Positions 29,140 to 37,877 of a DNA stretch of 64,000 nucleotides are shown in pieces. Source of the stretch: an uncultured virus (IMG/VR IMGVR_UViG_3300016457_000183) (taxonomy: Duplodnaviria > Heunggongvirae > Uroviricota > Caudoviricetes). Both the position numbers and the translations under genes were made by a program. Position 1 is the stretch's first letter; each line of letters opens with the position of its first letter. Below the pieces are notes generated by a model that ran no database searches, was not told where the DNA came from, and saw only the letters and a program-made list of their open reading frames with translations. Location: the IMG/VR virus record IMGVR_UViG_3300016457_000183; one strand, given 5' to 3'.

Positions 29140-30016
29140 TCACCTTCGTAATGGCGTTGCGAAGCACAGTCTCGAGAGTAGTATTATGACGTAGCCGGAG
29201 TAATGCAAGAGCAAGAATATCCGTAACACACTTCACGAACGTAATTTCCTCTTGAGAATAAGGAGCATCCTTATCATCATAAGTCAAGAAGAAACCCCAT
29301 TGACCTATACCTTCGCCCTTGATAGGAAATGCTAAAGCCCTCTTAACATCGATGCCAAGCTCGTCGAGTCCCTGTTCGAAACAGGTAACAAATTTCCCGT
29401 TCAACAACTGATCAAACCAACCTTTAGGTAACTTAAATCGTCGGGGCATTTTAGGTTCGCCCTCTTTAAAGTATGCAAACAAAGGGAAACTAATCATACC
29501 ACCTTGTTCAAATGGGGAAACTATCACTGTTGCGTTAAGAGCTTTACCAACTATCTCAACACATTCTTGCACTTTCTGCCCACTAACCAAACTCTTTGCA
29601 AGAACTTCAAACAGTTTCGGGAAAACGCCCATTAAATCCTGAACTCTAGACCGTAAGCGGGGGCTCACCCTCAATACCAAAGAATCCAGCATACTTTTCA
29701 ACACGTCTCCATTTACAGGCTTGGGAAGAACCCCGTGAAACCCATATACGCGGGCGATTTTACGAACTCTATCCGAATCGTAACCTGTCACAAGTATCGC
29801 CCGTGCAGGGTCAAACTGGTCCACCGCTGAGAACACTTGCCCATTGAGTAGGACAACGTCAAGGATGTAGAAATCGGGATTGACTTCAGTATTTAACTTC
29901 TTAAACTCTTGAACTGAACCGCAAGTATAACACTCACAATTGTCAAAACTACTCTCGAGGAAAGACTTAAAAAAGTCCCTTACTGGCGCCTCATCGTCCA
30001 AGATTAGGACTCTCAT
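29129..30016 (-). CDS. Response regulator receiver domain plus GAF-like domain
   Basis: MRVLILDDE...FYILDVVL...LVTG...LPKP with all REC catalytic positions present; ALAFPI...QWGFFL...YSQEEITFVKCVTDILALAL resembles GAF. Confidence 0.85.
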   Translation of the reverse strand: MRVLILDDEAPVRDFFKSFLESSFDNCECYTCGSVQEFKKLNTEVNPDFYILDVVLLNGQVFSAVDQFDPARAILVTGYDSDRVRKIARVYGFHGVLPKPVNGDVLKSMLDSLVLRVSPRLRSRVQDLMGVFPKLFEVLAKSLVSGQKVQECVEIVGKALNATVIVSPFEQGGMISFPLFAYFKEGEPKMPRRFKLPKGWFDQLLNGKFVTCFEQGLDELGIDVKRALAFPIKGEGIGQWGFFLTYDDKDAPYSQEEITFVKCVTDILALALLRLRHNTTLETVLRNAITKVSAF

Positions 30017-30027
30017 ACTCTTTCCTC

Positions 30028-31104
30028 CTACCACAAAGAACGAGGTAACGAAGTGATTTTCTTCTTATTCCTGAAGCACACATCGATCAACGTTCTCAAA
30101 TCATCCTCAAGCTCAATTGTATCACTTAAGAAACAATCACTCAAGAGTTCCCTTTCAATGTGGACAAACTGTGGCCAAGTAAACTCAAATGTTTTAGTAC
30201 GAAAGAACCCAATTCGTAGTCTATACCCAAAATCCTCCGCAAAAACATGTTTTATCTTATAAATCAAATCCTGAAAGCTGACCAGCCGATCGAACAAATG
30301 AACAATGGGTTTGTCCACCTTCTTAGTCAACAAGTAAGTAAAACTCTCAACAAATTGATTCAACGAGATAATAGTATAGTAACCCTCCTGAGGCACATTT
30401 ACGATCCCTTGACGGACGCCTCGGGCGCAATAGTAGTTAATGACGGTACTATGAAACTTGTCAACGTGCAATCGATGAAGTGGTTCCTCACTTGGATACA
30501 CACCATACACAGAACCTACACGGAGATCGACTAACTTGAGTTTTAAGTGGTTACGAGCATATGTTAAGAAAATTTGAACAAAGGCTTCAGTACACTGATT
30601 AAGAGAGTCCCCTTTCAATGGAAAAGGTAAAAAATCCTCAAGCTCATTGTGGTGAATCAATAACGGACCTTCTGGAACCGGTAGTTGTGAGGGATAATAG
30701 GAGTTTAGATCGGTTACCACAAATAAAGGAACGTTACGTAAAGCGGACGAAGCTAGTGTATTTACAACCGAAATGGTGTTGTAAAGGTTAGTAACACAAA
30801 GCAATTGGTCTCGCTGCTGAAAAAGGGCTGGGCTGTATAACCGGGATAAGTCGACAATCAAATCAGGCTCAAACTTCTCCAATCGGTCACGTAAGGCAGC
30901 GGAATCTGTAACATCTAACTCAACAGTCTGTAAATCTTTTAAGGACTCAAAAGAGTGACGAATAATCGAATAAGAGGAGGTCGCCTCTACTAAAGACTCC
31001 CGCTTTAAATTGTCAACGCCTAGTACAGAGTGCCCTTCTCTAAGCAAATGATGTGAAAGTGCAAAACCTAAGTAGCCGTCTGCCCCTAGAATTGCGATTC
31101 TCAC
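30028..31104 (-). CDS. UDP-sulfoquinovose synthase (SqdB/Agl3)-like NAD-dependent epimerase, catalytic motif degenerate
   Basis: ILGADGYLG...GVDNLKR, DFLPFP, DLRVGSVYGV, STVINYYC; the expected YxxxK reads NQCTE. Confidence 0.65.
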   Translation of the reverse strand: MRIAILGADGYLGFALSHHLLREGHSVLGVDNLKRESLVEATSSYSIIRHSFESLKDLQTVELDVTDSAALRDRLEKFEPDLIVDLSRLYSPALFQQRDQLLCVTNLYNTISVVNTLASSALRNVPLFVVTDLNSYYPSQLPVPEGPLLIHHNELEDFLPFPLKGDSLNQCTEAFVQIFLTYARNHLKLKLVDLRVGSVYGVYPSEEPLHRLHVDKFHSTVINYYCARGVRQGIVNVPQEGYYTIISLNQFVESFTYLLTKKVDKPIVHLFDRLVSFQDLIYKIKHVFAEDFGYRLRIGFFRTKTFEFTWPQFVHIERELLSDCFLSDTIELEDDLRTLIDVCFRNKKKITSLPRSLW

Positions 31105-32069
31105 CTCAGAGAAAACTCCCTTAACCCATCAAATGGCTGCTTAACGCCCAATACAGCTCTACACATCAAGTTAACAAACTGCTTTGCTCTCACATCGACA
31201 CTGTGGAACTTACGAACTAATCTATACCCTCGTGTCGTAATCTCAACTAAGCGGTCTTCGTCCCTTAACACTGAGAGAATTTTATCCTCAAAGGAAGTTG
31301 GTGAGACGGGCAAAAAGTGTTTATCTGGAACGTACCCAAGTTCTACAATGTCGTTAATAGGTGGAGCTGCCAAAAGAGAAAAAGACGCGGGAATCTCGAA
31401 GAACTTCTGAATGGAGTAATTGTAGATACTACCACAAGTAGGGCAAACTTTAGCTGAGTTCAAAAGCTTCGCGTAGGTATCATGAACAATCGCAGTTCGT
31501 GAATCAAAGTGACCATAACCAGGATGAGGGACGTGTACAAAACCAGGGTACCCCTTAAACGTACGTAAATAAGATGTTCTCATAGGATAAACATCAGGGA
31601 GAATAGCTCCGGTTAGTAAGATGTCTATGGTCTTCGTTTGAGACCATTTCTTAAACACGTGAGTGTCAACTCCAATAGGTAACCACTCACAAGGAACTAC
31701 ATCAAGGAGTCGAGGAAACAACTTGAGCGTCCCTTCTTTAAACTTTACTACCACAAAGTCGATTTTATTCTCCTTGATAAACAGGAGCCGATCTCTCTGA
31801 TAAGCATGAACATCCCAATAGTGAACTACCTTAGGAAGCTTAATCTCAGCTAGCCCTGTCAAAGGAGGAGTTACTGGAGGAGCTTCACCCAACATGAGTA
31901 GATCAAAAGTTTTCCCTTTGTCAGCGAGCTCCTTCAATAGCGTAGGTACGTGACAGGGCTTGTGATGAAAAGTAACATCAGCAACTTTAGCAAGAGCTTT
32001 CTTAAAGGCTAGATGTCCATGTCCAATCCAGTTAGTAAAGTCTTTACAAATATATAAAATCTTCAGCAT
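31101..32069 (-). CDS. CgeB-like (GT-B) glycosyltransferase
   Basis: LPIGVDTHVF...YPMR...YAKLLNSAKV...KFFEIPA...HSVDVRA. Confidence 0.8.
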   Translation of the reverse strand: MLKILYICKDFTNWIGHGHLAFKKALAKVADVTFHHKPCHVPTLLKELADKGKTFDLLMLGEAPPVTPPLTGLAEIKLPKVVHYWDVHAYQRDRLLFIKENKIDFVVVKFKEGTLKLFPRLLDVVPCEWLPIGVDTHVFKKWSQTKTIDILLTGAILPDVYPMRTSYLRTFKGYPGFVHVPHPGYGHFDSRTAIVHDTYAKLLNSAKVCPTCGSIYNYSIQKFFEIPASFSLLAAPPINDIVELGYVPDKHFLPVSPTSFEDKILSVLRDEDRLVEITTRGYRLVRKFHSVDVRAKQFVNLMCRAVLGVKQPFDGLREFSLR

Positions 32070-32071
32070 AG

Positions 32072-32314
32072 TTACTTCTCCTTCACAAAACGAGAAGACA
32101 ATTCAAATACAGCATCCCCTTTCTGAGAAGGATCTTTCTCAAGGTGATAGACATCAAAGAACAAGTACTTTCCTGGAATTCCTTTGGGAAACGCTACACA
32201 AGTACAATCCTCACGGAAATGTTTACAAAAAGAGCACAGGGAGAAGTGATCTTCTCCGAGATGTTTTGCTCGATACTTGGACAGCCACCGAATTGGGTCG
32301 AATTCAGTCATCAC
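32072..32314 (-). CDS. Small Cys/His metal-binding protein, candidate partner of the upstream peptidase
   Basis: CSFCKHF...CVAFPKGIP...H; ATGA overlap with the zincin gene. Confidence 0.55.
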   Translation of the reverse strand: MMTEFDPIRWLSKYRAKHLGEDHFSLCSFCKHFREDCTCVAFPKGIPGKYLFFDVYHLEKDPSQKGDAVFELSSRFVKEK

Positions 32315-33309
32315 AGTACTCCTTCCAAAGTAGCAAAATAGTCACGTGCCTCAGGCCACTTAAGTCTAAGAAACCTACGATGCTGAAGATTTGAATGTGC
32401 AAAAAGCGAAAAAGCCTCAGAAAAGCCCTCTTCTGGACTTTGAAGGCTGGGAATTGATATCACGGACGTGTTAAAAGGGTCGTCCATTAAAGCCCGATAA
32501 AACTGCAACCTCACAAAATTACGCCTAACTGAAGGGCGTACCGAACCATAATGCTTAGTAGCTTGCTGAAAGAGCTGTACAGCTTCAGGCAAAACTCTCT
32601 GAAGGTAAGGAGCATAAACACTTCGACCAAATTCTACATAATAATCAGGAGCCCGAGTAGCAAGCTGACTCTGAACAAAATGACCGCATTCATGGAGAAA
32701 AGTAAGATCATAAGGAACATCACGCCGCCTAGGGGAGTACACTAGCATACTAATAGCCCCCGATCCTTGCGGAAACGCGTACTCAGCAAGATCCTTAACC
32801 TCAGAAGGAACCCTTTGAACCTTAGGAAGAGTAATTCCCAGAACGTGTCTGAGATGGACACGATCATTTGCGGAAAATTGTTCAAGGCACTGTTGTGTGA
32901 GCTCTCTTTCAATTTTCCCCGTCGACCTAAGAATATAGGCATCAACATAACACCCTATTGGAGCAGACGACGTATAACGATGAAAGGATAAACTTACATT
33001 ACGAAATGCTCTTTCACTCTCAGCACTCCCAATAAAAAAATTCAAAAATGCATCAGCCTGAGGAAGGACTTTCCTGCGGACTTCGGGATGAGGCGCTGCA
33101 ACGTTCTCGAGAAACCTAAAAGTCTCGAAGCCCGCCCCTTCTAGCGTTTCATTAATAGACCGGGAGTCAACAACTCGAAGAGGAGACTTCCTGGCAAAGG
33201 CGAAAGTCCACAAGAAAGCTTGGCGGAACTCCTTTTTAATAATCGGAACTCTACGTCCGCCCTTGGTAATCCATTTCTCAATCCACTCAGGAGGGACTCT
33301 AAATTTCAC
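32311..33309 (-). CDS. Zincin-like metallopeptidase
   Basis: TFLHECGHFV and SPEEGFSEAF motifs. Confidence 0.7.
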   Translation of the reverse strand: MKFRVPPEWIEKWITKGGRRVPIIKKEFRQAFLWTFAFARKSPLRVVDSRSINETLEGAGFETFRFLENVAAPHPEVRRKVLPQADAFLNFFIGSAESERAFRNVSLSFHRYTSSAPIGCYVDAYILRSTGKIERELTQQCLEQFSANDRVHLRHVLGITLPKVQRVPSEVKDLAEYAFPQGSGAISMLVYSPRRRDVPYDLTFLHECGHFVQSQLATRAPDYYVEFGRSVYAPYLQRVLPEAVQLFQQATKHYGSVRPSVRRNFVRLQFYRALMDDPFNTSVISIPSLQSPEEGFSEAFSLFAHSNLQHRRFLRLKWPEARDYFATLEGVL

Positions 33310-33319
33310 GCCAATCTCC

Positions 33320-33559
33320 TTAATAAGGATCTAAACTATATTCAAACCACTTATCCTTAGCGTTCAAGACCTTAACAGCTTTTTCAGCATCATCCACGGT
33401 GACATAACGTTTTAGAACGGCCCACTCACGAAACCACGGTACCCTACTTCGGTACTCCCTTCTAAGTCGATAGTAAACAGGAATTCTACGTTTTCGTGTT
33501 CGATGTCTGTACTTCGGCACCTCTGACTCAAACTTCGATTGTAAGTCCATCCTTCGCAA
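33320..33559 (-). CDS. Hypothetical basic protein
   Basis: Fills the gap in the operon on the coding strand. Confidence 0.5.
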   Translation of the reverse strand: MRRMDLQSKFESEVPKYRHRTRKRRIPVYYRLRREYRSRVPWFREWAVLKRYVTVDDAEKAVKVLNAKDKWFEYSLDPY

Positions 33560-34727
33560 TAATTAAATCCTCCACACCGAGAATTTCTCTCACTCTCTCA
33601 TCACCTTTCAAAACAGGCTGGCGGCCAAGATGAGTAAAAACAACTGTTTGCCAATTCAATTGAGAAGCATATCGGAGTTGAGATTTCATACAAGTGTGCC
33701 CGAACGGTTCTCCTCCCTTTTCCTTAACGCGGATTATGGGATGGTTAATCGCGGAGCCATCACCAATGTAAACTCGGAGTCCCTTGAGAATCCCCCAGCC
33801 AGCACGTGGTCGTATAACATCCGTAAAGATACCCAATTCGTTATTTATTACAACACCCCACATAGGACATCGAATAGAGTGAAAACAAGAAACAGCTTTT
33901 AACGACACATCTTCGTACTCAAAAGGAAGTGAAGAAAAAAGAGTAGGAGTGACCTTCCAATTACGGACTAATTGACGTCGAACGAGCGACGTAGACACCA
34001 ACGTCGTCGGAATTTCCTTGTGTTTTAAGCCACTTACATGATCTGGGTGTGAGTTCCCGGAAAAGCACACTTTACCCTCACGGCGAGTCAACAGTATATG
34101 CCTAGTGTACTCGGGTAAAGTAACACAGTAAACTTTCCCGTCGTAAGGAACCCAGGACTCTTGACTACCGGAGGTTACTGACTTAGCGGTAGAGGAACGA
34201 CTGTCAGAAAAAACTGCTTGTGCCAGAGAAGTATCGTGTTGTTCACATTTAAAAGAGCACGTAAACATCTTAGGGCGCCCAAAACACCTCGCGGCAGGGA
34301 TAAGAGAAAAGGAAGGGTCATCAAAGTTCTCCGAAATATACAAATTGTGATTAGGAGTCACCATCATATTCAAAAAATCCGTACTCAAGTAATACATTAA
34401 CCCAGTGTAATCTTGCTCAATATAATCTATAGGCTTCTCAAACACTAATCGATCGTCCTCATCCAATGTCGCGACGTAATCCGAACTACTTAACTCAGTA
34501 AACCTCTTCCAGCCACGATTAGTAAAAACTTCAGTCTTCTCATCATAACAATGACTTACATACAAAAAATCCACGTCCTTAAGGTTATCAAAGAACTCCT
34601 CTTCACCACAGTCAATTTGGAAACGCGCTCTGCGAGTCTCGACTACAATACCTGTTCTCAGTTTGTGATGAGGGGAACTTTCCTCAATCATACCCTTAGA
34701 ACCCAGAAATGTTATCTTATACTTCAC
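33528..34727 (-). CDS. Metallo-beta-lactamase-fold hydrolase (PhnP/RNase Z-like) with intein
   Basis: ITFLGSKG...IDCG...VSH[intein]SHPDH...HS...FTD...GH...FTHLG...AKDG; likely GTG at 34727. Confidence 0.85.
   Translation of the reverse strand: MKYKITFLGSKGMIEESSPHHKLRTGIVVETRRARFQIDCGEEEFFDNLKDVDFLYVSHCYDEKTEVFTNRGWKRFTELSSSDYVATLDEDDRLVFEKPIDYIEQDYTGLMYYLSTDFLNMMVTPNHNLYISENFDDPSFSLIPAARCFGRPKMFTCSFKCEQHDTSLAQAVFSDSRSSTAKSVTSGSQESWVPYDGKVYCVTLPEYTRHILLTRREGKVCFSGNSHPDHVSGLKHKEIPTTLVSTSLVRRQLVRNWKVTPTLFSSLPFEYEDVSLKAVSCFHSIRCPMWGVVINNELGIFTDVIRPRAGWGILKGLRVYIGDGSAINHPIIRVKEKGGEPFGHTCMKSQLRYASQLNWQTVVFTHLGRQPVLKGDERVREILGVEDLIIAKDGLTIEV
34053..34550 (-). mobile_element. Mini-intein (166 aa) inside the HxHxDH motif
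   Basis: CYDEKTEVFTNRGWK...MVTPNH...KVYCVTLP...HILLTRREGKVCFSGN|S. Confidence 0.9.
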
Positions 34728-35094
34728 GTAACTTCGACCCCCTTTCAAGAAGGGTAGAATCAACCTTCTTAGCTTTAAAGAAACCTCCAATGTACTCCTG
34801 AACCTTAATCGGGTCAAAAAATTTACAACTAAACACATCAATGTAAGCAGTCCGGCTAGAAGGAGCAAAATGTCCTGATACCAGAGACGTCTCTATTAAC
34901 TGAACAAGAGTGTATCCTTCAGAAGGGCCGTTACCAAACCACTCAATTATAGGGTCACCGTACCTTTTCACATCAAGAATATCACAAAGTTCGAATACGA
35001 ATTCCCTAAGTTTGCCCTTACTAGAAATAAGGAACTCATCACAATCATACAAATCTAAAATCAGGTGAAGTCCCCAATCGGCGATCATGTACAT
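34717..35094 (-). CDS. SAM decarboxylase-family proenzyme, divergent copy
   Basis: GLHLILDLYDC...GYTLVQLIETSLVSGHF...YIDVFSC. Confidence 0.75.
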   Translation of the reverse strand: MYMIADWGLHLILDLYDCDEFLISSKGKLREFVFELCDILDVKRYGDPIIEWFGNGPSEGYTLVQLIETSLVSGHFAPSSRTAYIDVFSCKFFDPIKVQEYIGGFFKAKKVDSTLLERGSKLREV

Positions 35095-35428
35095 CCCCCC
35101 TCTCCAAGACTAAAACTTTAGGATTACCTTTAAGAAACTGAAGAATCTCCTGAACCGCTACATCTAAATCAACGGAATCGCCGCAAGTGAACAAATCAAC
35201 GGCCGCGTAAAGTCGTTCAGGCCAAGTATGGATAGAAAAGTGAGACTCAGAGATCACAACCACACAACTTACCCCGTGAGGTTCAAAATGATGAACGAAT
35301 GAATGAAGTATGGTTGCGCCGGCCTTACTAGCGGCCCGAATCAAACACTGAAGAACCAACTTCTCATTATCTAAAACTTCAAAAGGCACCTCAAACACGT
35401 CAATCAACACGTGTTTTCCTACACCCAC
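35045..35428 (-). CDS. speD: S-adenosylmethionine decarboxylase proenzyme
   Basis: GKHVLID...HHFEPHGVSCVVVISESHFSIHTWPE...AAVDLFTCG. Confidence 0.88.
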   Translation of the reverse strand: MGVGKHVLIDVFEVPFEVLDNEKLVLQCLIRAASKAGATILHSFVHHFEPHGVSCVVVISESHFSIHTWPERLYAAVDLFTCGDSVDLDVAVQEILQFLKGNPKVLVLERGDVHDRRLGTSPDFRFV

Positions 35429-36558
35429 AGCTGCTTCTCCTTCTTCCGTACTTCGGAAACTCCTTCTCCTGCCCACCATAAACCCGCCGCGCCTCCAGCT
35501 AGAGCAACGGCGCGTAAGTCATTAGTCCATACTCCAGTGACAGTCTTGTGTAACTTCCTGGCAATAACAGGGTTCATTAAACTACCTGGAACAGGGTTTC
35601 CTTCAATAAATCGGAAGGAACCGTCAGGTAATTCGACGATGTCAAACCCTACATGGGCGTTCTTCTCATATAGTTTCATAGCTTGAGTCACAAACTCCTT
35701 AAGTCGTTTACGTTTCACAGGGTTGAGCACTGGAATAGAAGAACCACCCTCCATTCCGAATCGATAAAAGATTTTATTGTAAATTTTACGGAAAGGATCA
35801 GGAAAACGACGATGTGTAATAGAGTAAACCTTCCCATTCACATAGTGAACACGAAACTCATTTCTAAAAGGTAACATTTCTTGTATGATCACATTATTAG
35901 GACCACCGTGCTGTTCAATATATTTCATCAAACGTTTGTCACTCCACTCATGAGTAGGGAGTTCCTTCGAAAGTGAGCCAATGCGCGGTTTAATCACAAA
36001 TCCCTTCCCAGCACGTTGGAACGCATAGCGTGCGGATTCAAGACTGTGAAACTCACGAAGTAAGAAGGTTTGAGGAACAATTTTAGGGTCGTCCTTGAAC
36101 AGCTTTGGAAATACCGCTTTATCGTCAATAGCAGACATCAAGTCATAGTCTTGAATCTTAGGAAGTTTCATCTTAAAGGCTTCTTTCGACCAGGTATGAA
36201 CAACGCCTGCAGTTTTGGGAAGTTTAGCGCCCGCTTTGGGACGAACTACACGCATCCCCATTATTGCCGACGTGATCATGTCATAAAACTTCTCTCTCAT
36301 TGAGGGAGTGGGATTTGGGTGTTTAGCGATCACGACAAACCTTTTATTGCGAAAAAGTTCAGAAATGGGCGTACCGGGTTTTAAAAAGTAAGCGGCTAAA
36401 GTTGCTAAAGTGATACCTCCGAGGACTTTCATCTTTGGATCAAGACGGGAACGTGACCCCAACTCTCGTTGATGAATTCTTTCCTCAGGGATAAAGATCT
36501 TGCGGCCCTTGTAAGTAATCCAAATTCCTTTACGACCCTTAAACTCTACGAGTTCCAT
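35419..36558 (-). CDS. RimK-like ATP-grasp protein with hydrophobic segments
   Basis: DDKA...VPQT...FVIKPRIGS...IIQE...EFRVH...GFDIV...FIEGNPVPG. Confidence 0.8.
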   Translation of the reverse strand: MELVEFKGRKGIWITYKGRKIFIPEERIHQRELGSRSRLDPKMKVLGGITLATLAAYFLKPGTPISELFRNKRFVVIAKHPNPTPSMREKFYDMITSAIMGMRVVRPKAGAKLPKTAGVVHTWSKEAFKMKLPKIQDYDLMSAIDDKAVFPKLFKDDPKIVPQTFLLREFHSLESARYAFQRAGKGFVIKPRIGSLSKELPTHEWSDKRLMKYIEQHGGPNNVIIQEMLPFRNEFRVHYVNGKVYSITHRRFPDPFRKIYNKIFYRFGMEGGSSIPVLNPVKRKRLKEFVTQAMKLYEKNAHVGFDIVELPDGSFRFIEGNPVPGSLMNPVIARKLHKTVTGVWTNDLRAVALAGGAAGLWWAGEGVSEVRKKEKQLWV

Positions 36559-36569
36559 AAAAAAGCCTC

Positions 36570-37139
36570 CTATCGTATCATAATCTTCGCGAGAAAAGTC
36601 CGGAACCCTCTTTTACCACCGTCACACATCACTATTTCGGCGCCAAAATTTTCAACAAACTCTACCGGAGACCAAGCTTCCTTATGTCCTTCATAATCAT
36701 CTTCCCATCTTCCGTGAGGAAAGGAAGAGAAATCCTCTGGCAATGGTGTTGAAACAAACACTGCTTTAGTAACCTTCCGGAGCAAGGTGTGTAACAGATC
36801 GTAGCCCTCGAGTTTGCTCATATGCTCAATAACATCGAACAAACATATGAGATCATAAGTAGGGAAAGACTCCCAAGAAATGGATCGAACGTCCTGAACT
36901 ATTACTTTGTTGTAAATGTACTCGTGTAAAGGAGAGATGTACTTGGAATAAGCTTCGATACAATCAATTCGAACTTTCCACTCAGGAGGAAACACCCTCC
37001 AATTCCAAACATCCAAGTACTCCCTAAAGAGTACACCCCACTTACCGAAACCCGGACCAATATCCAAAATACTTTGAGGTTTCAAATCAAGAACTTCTGT
37101 CAAGATTTTCGTGATCGCGAACGGATTGCTTGAGGGCAT
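36570..37139 (-). CDS. Class I SAM-dependent methyltransferase
   Basis: SILDIGPGFGKWG...YDLICLFDVIEHM...VSTP; ATG at 37139 after GGAGG. Confidence 0.85.
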   Translation of the reverse strand: MPSSNPFAITKILTEVLDLKPQSILDIGPGFGKWGVLFREYLDVWNWRVFPPEWKVRIDCIEAYSKYISPLHEYIYNKVIVQDVRSISWESFPTYDLICLFDVIEHMSKLEGYDLLHTLLRKVTKAVFVSTPLPEDFSSFPHGRWEDDYEGHKEAWSPVEFVENFGAEIVMCDGGKRGFRTFLAKIMIR

Positions 37140-37347
37140 TTTGACCTCCATGCACTTCTTCAAAGCTATCAACGGAACGTTCCAAAGCTGAAAGAACACG
37201 AAGTAACTGGAGCCGAAGCTCGCAAAATAACTGAGACAACTCTTCCTGTGCAGCAAGGATACTTTCCTGTTTTCGGTTAATTCTAAGGATAATCCCAGCA
37301 ATACAACTAATCCCGTTCCGAAAATCGTGAACAAACTCAGGAGACAT
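37087..37347 (-). CDS. Stand-alone HisKA/DHp-like helical protein
   Basis: EFVHDFRNGISCIAG resembles the H-box; TAATG coupling to the upstream gene. Confidence 0.5.
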   Translation of the reverse strand: MSPEFVHDFRNGISCIAGIILRINRKQESILAAQEELSQLFCELRLQLLRVLSALERSVDSFEEVHGGQNALKQSVRDHENLDRSS

Positions 37348-37877
37348 TATCTTCGAACCCAAAACTGTTGCAACGTGTGGAGTTCCGTGCTTAAACAATT
37401 TATGTCATCAATCGGATGAAAACTCAAGTCAGCCAAAAACGAAACATCTTTCTCAGAGATTTCTGTGCCCCAATCATGTACACCGAGTACACTTCTCGGG
37501 GGAAGGACAGGTGCGTAAACCTGAATCTCACGTGGTTTATTCCCATCGTCACAGTACAAGAAAGAGGGCGCCTGCCCTAAAAACTCAAAAATTCTCAACT
37601 TAGTCCGTTGACATTCAAAAATATCACCTCTTAAGAAAGGAAATAAATCCGTGACTCTCTTATCAGCGCGATCAACCGACAAGAAACGGTGACCTCGAAC
37701 TTGACACTCTAGCCACAGAAAAGTTGAAAGAGCACCTCTATAAGTACCCAACTCAACAACCTGAGCAAAATCAAACTGGTCAAAAACTAGATCCAAGATA
37801 TAGAGTGACGCAAATGAGTGTTGAATCGGAATACCAAAGAGGCGATTATCCGGGGACAATCGTTCAAGAACGCTCAT
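37347..37877 (-). CDS. SAM-dependent methyltransferase (Methyltransf_24/CmcI-like)
   Basis: VVELGTYRGA...FLYCDDG...LGVHDW. Confidence 0.75.
   Translation of the reverse strand: MSVLERLSPDNRLFGIPIQHSFASLYILDLVFDQFDFAQVVELGTYRGALSTFLWLECQVRGHRFLSVDRADKRVTDLFPFLRGDIFECQRTKLRIFEFLGQAPSFLYCDDGNKPREIQVYAPVLPPRSVLGVHDWGTEISEKDVSFLADLSFHPIDDINCLSTELHTLQQFWVRR

Noticed and set aside
34728..34868. Hydrophobic N-terminal extension (signal-peptide-like) on the MBL ORF
   Set aside because: Overlaps the SpeD-like gene; the MBL fold starts at KITFLG after a GTG with an SD-like run.
37140..37334. Membrane-like N-terminal extension on the methyltransferase
   Set aside because: An ATG with GGAGG exists at 37139, and the region is better explained by the coupled HisKA-like ORF.
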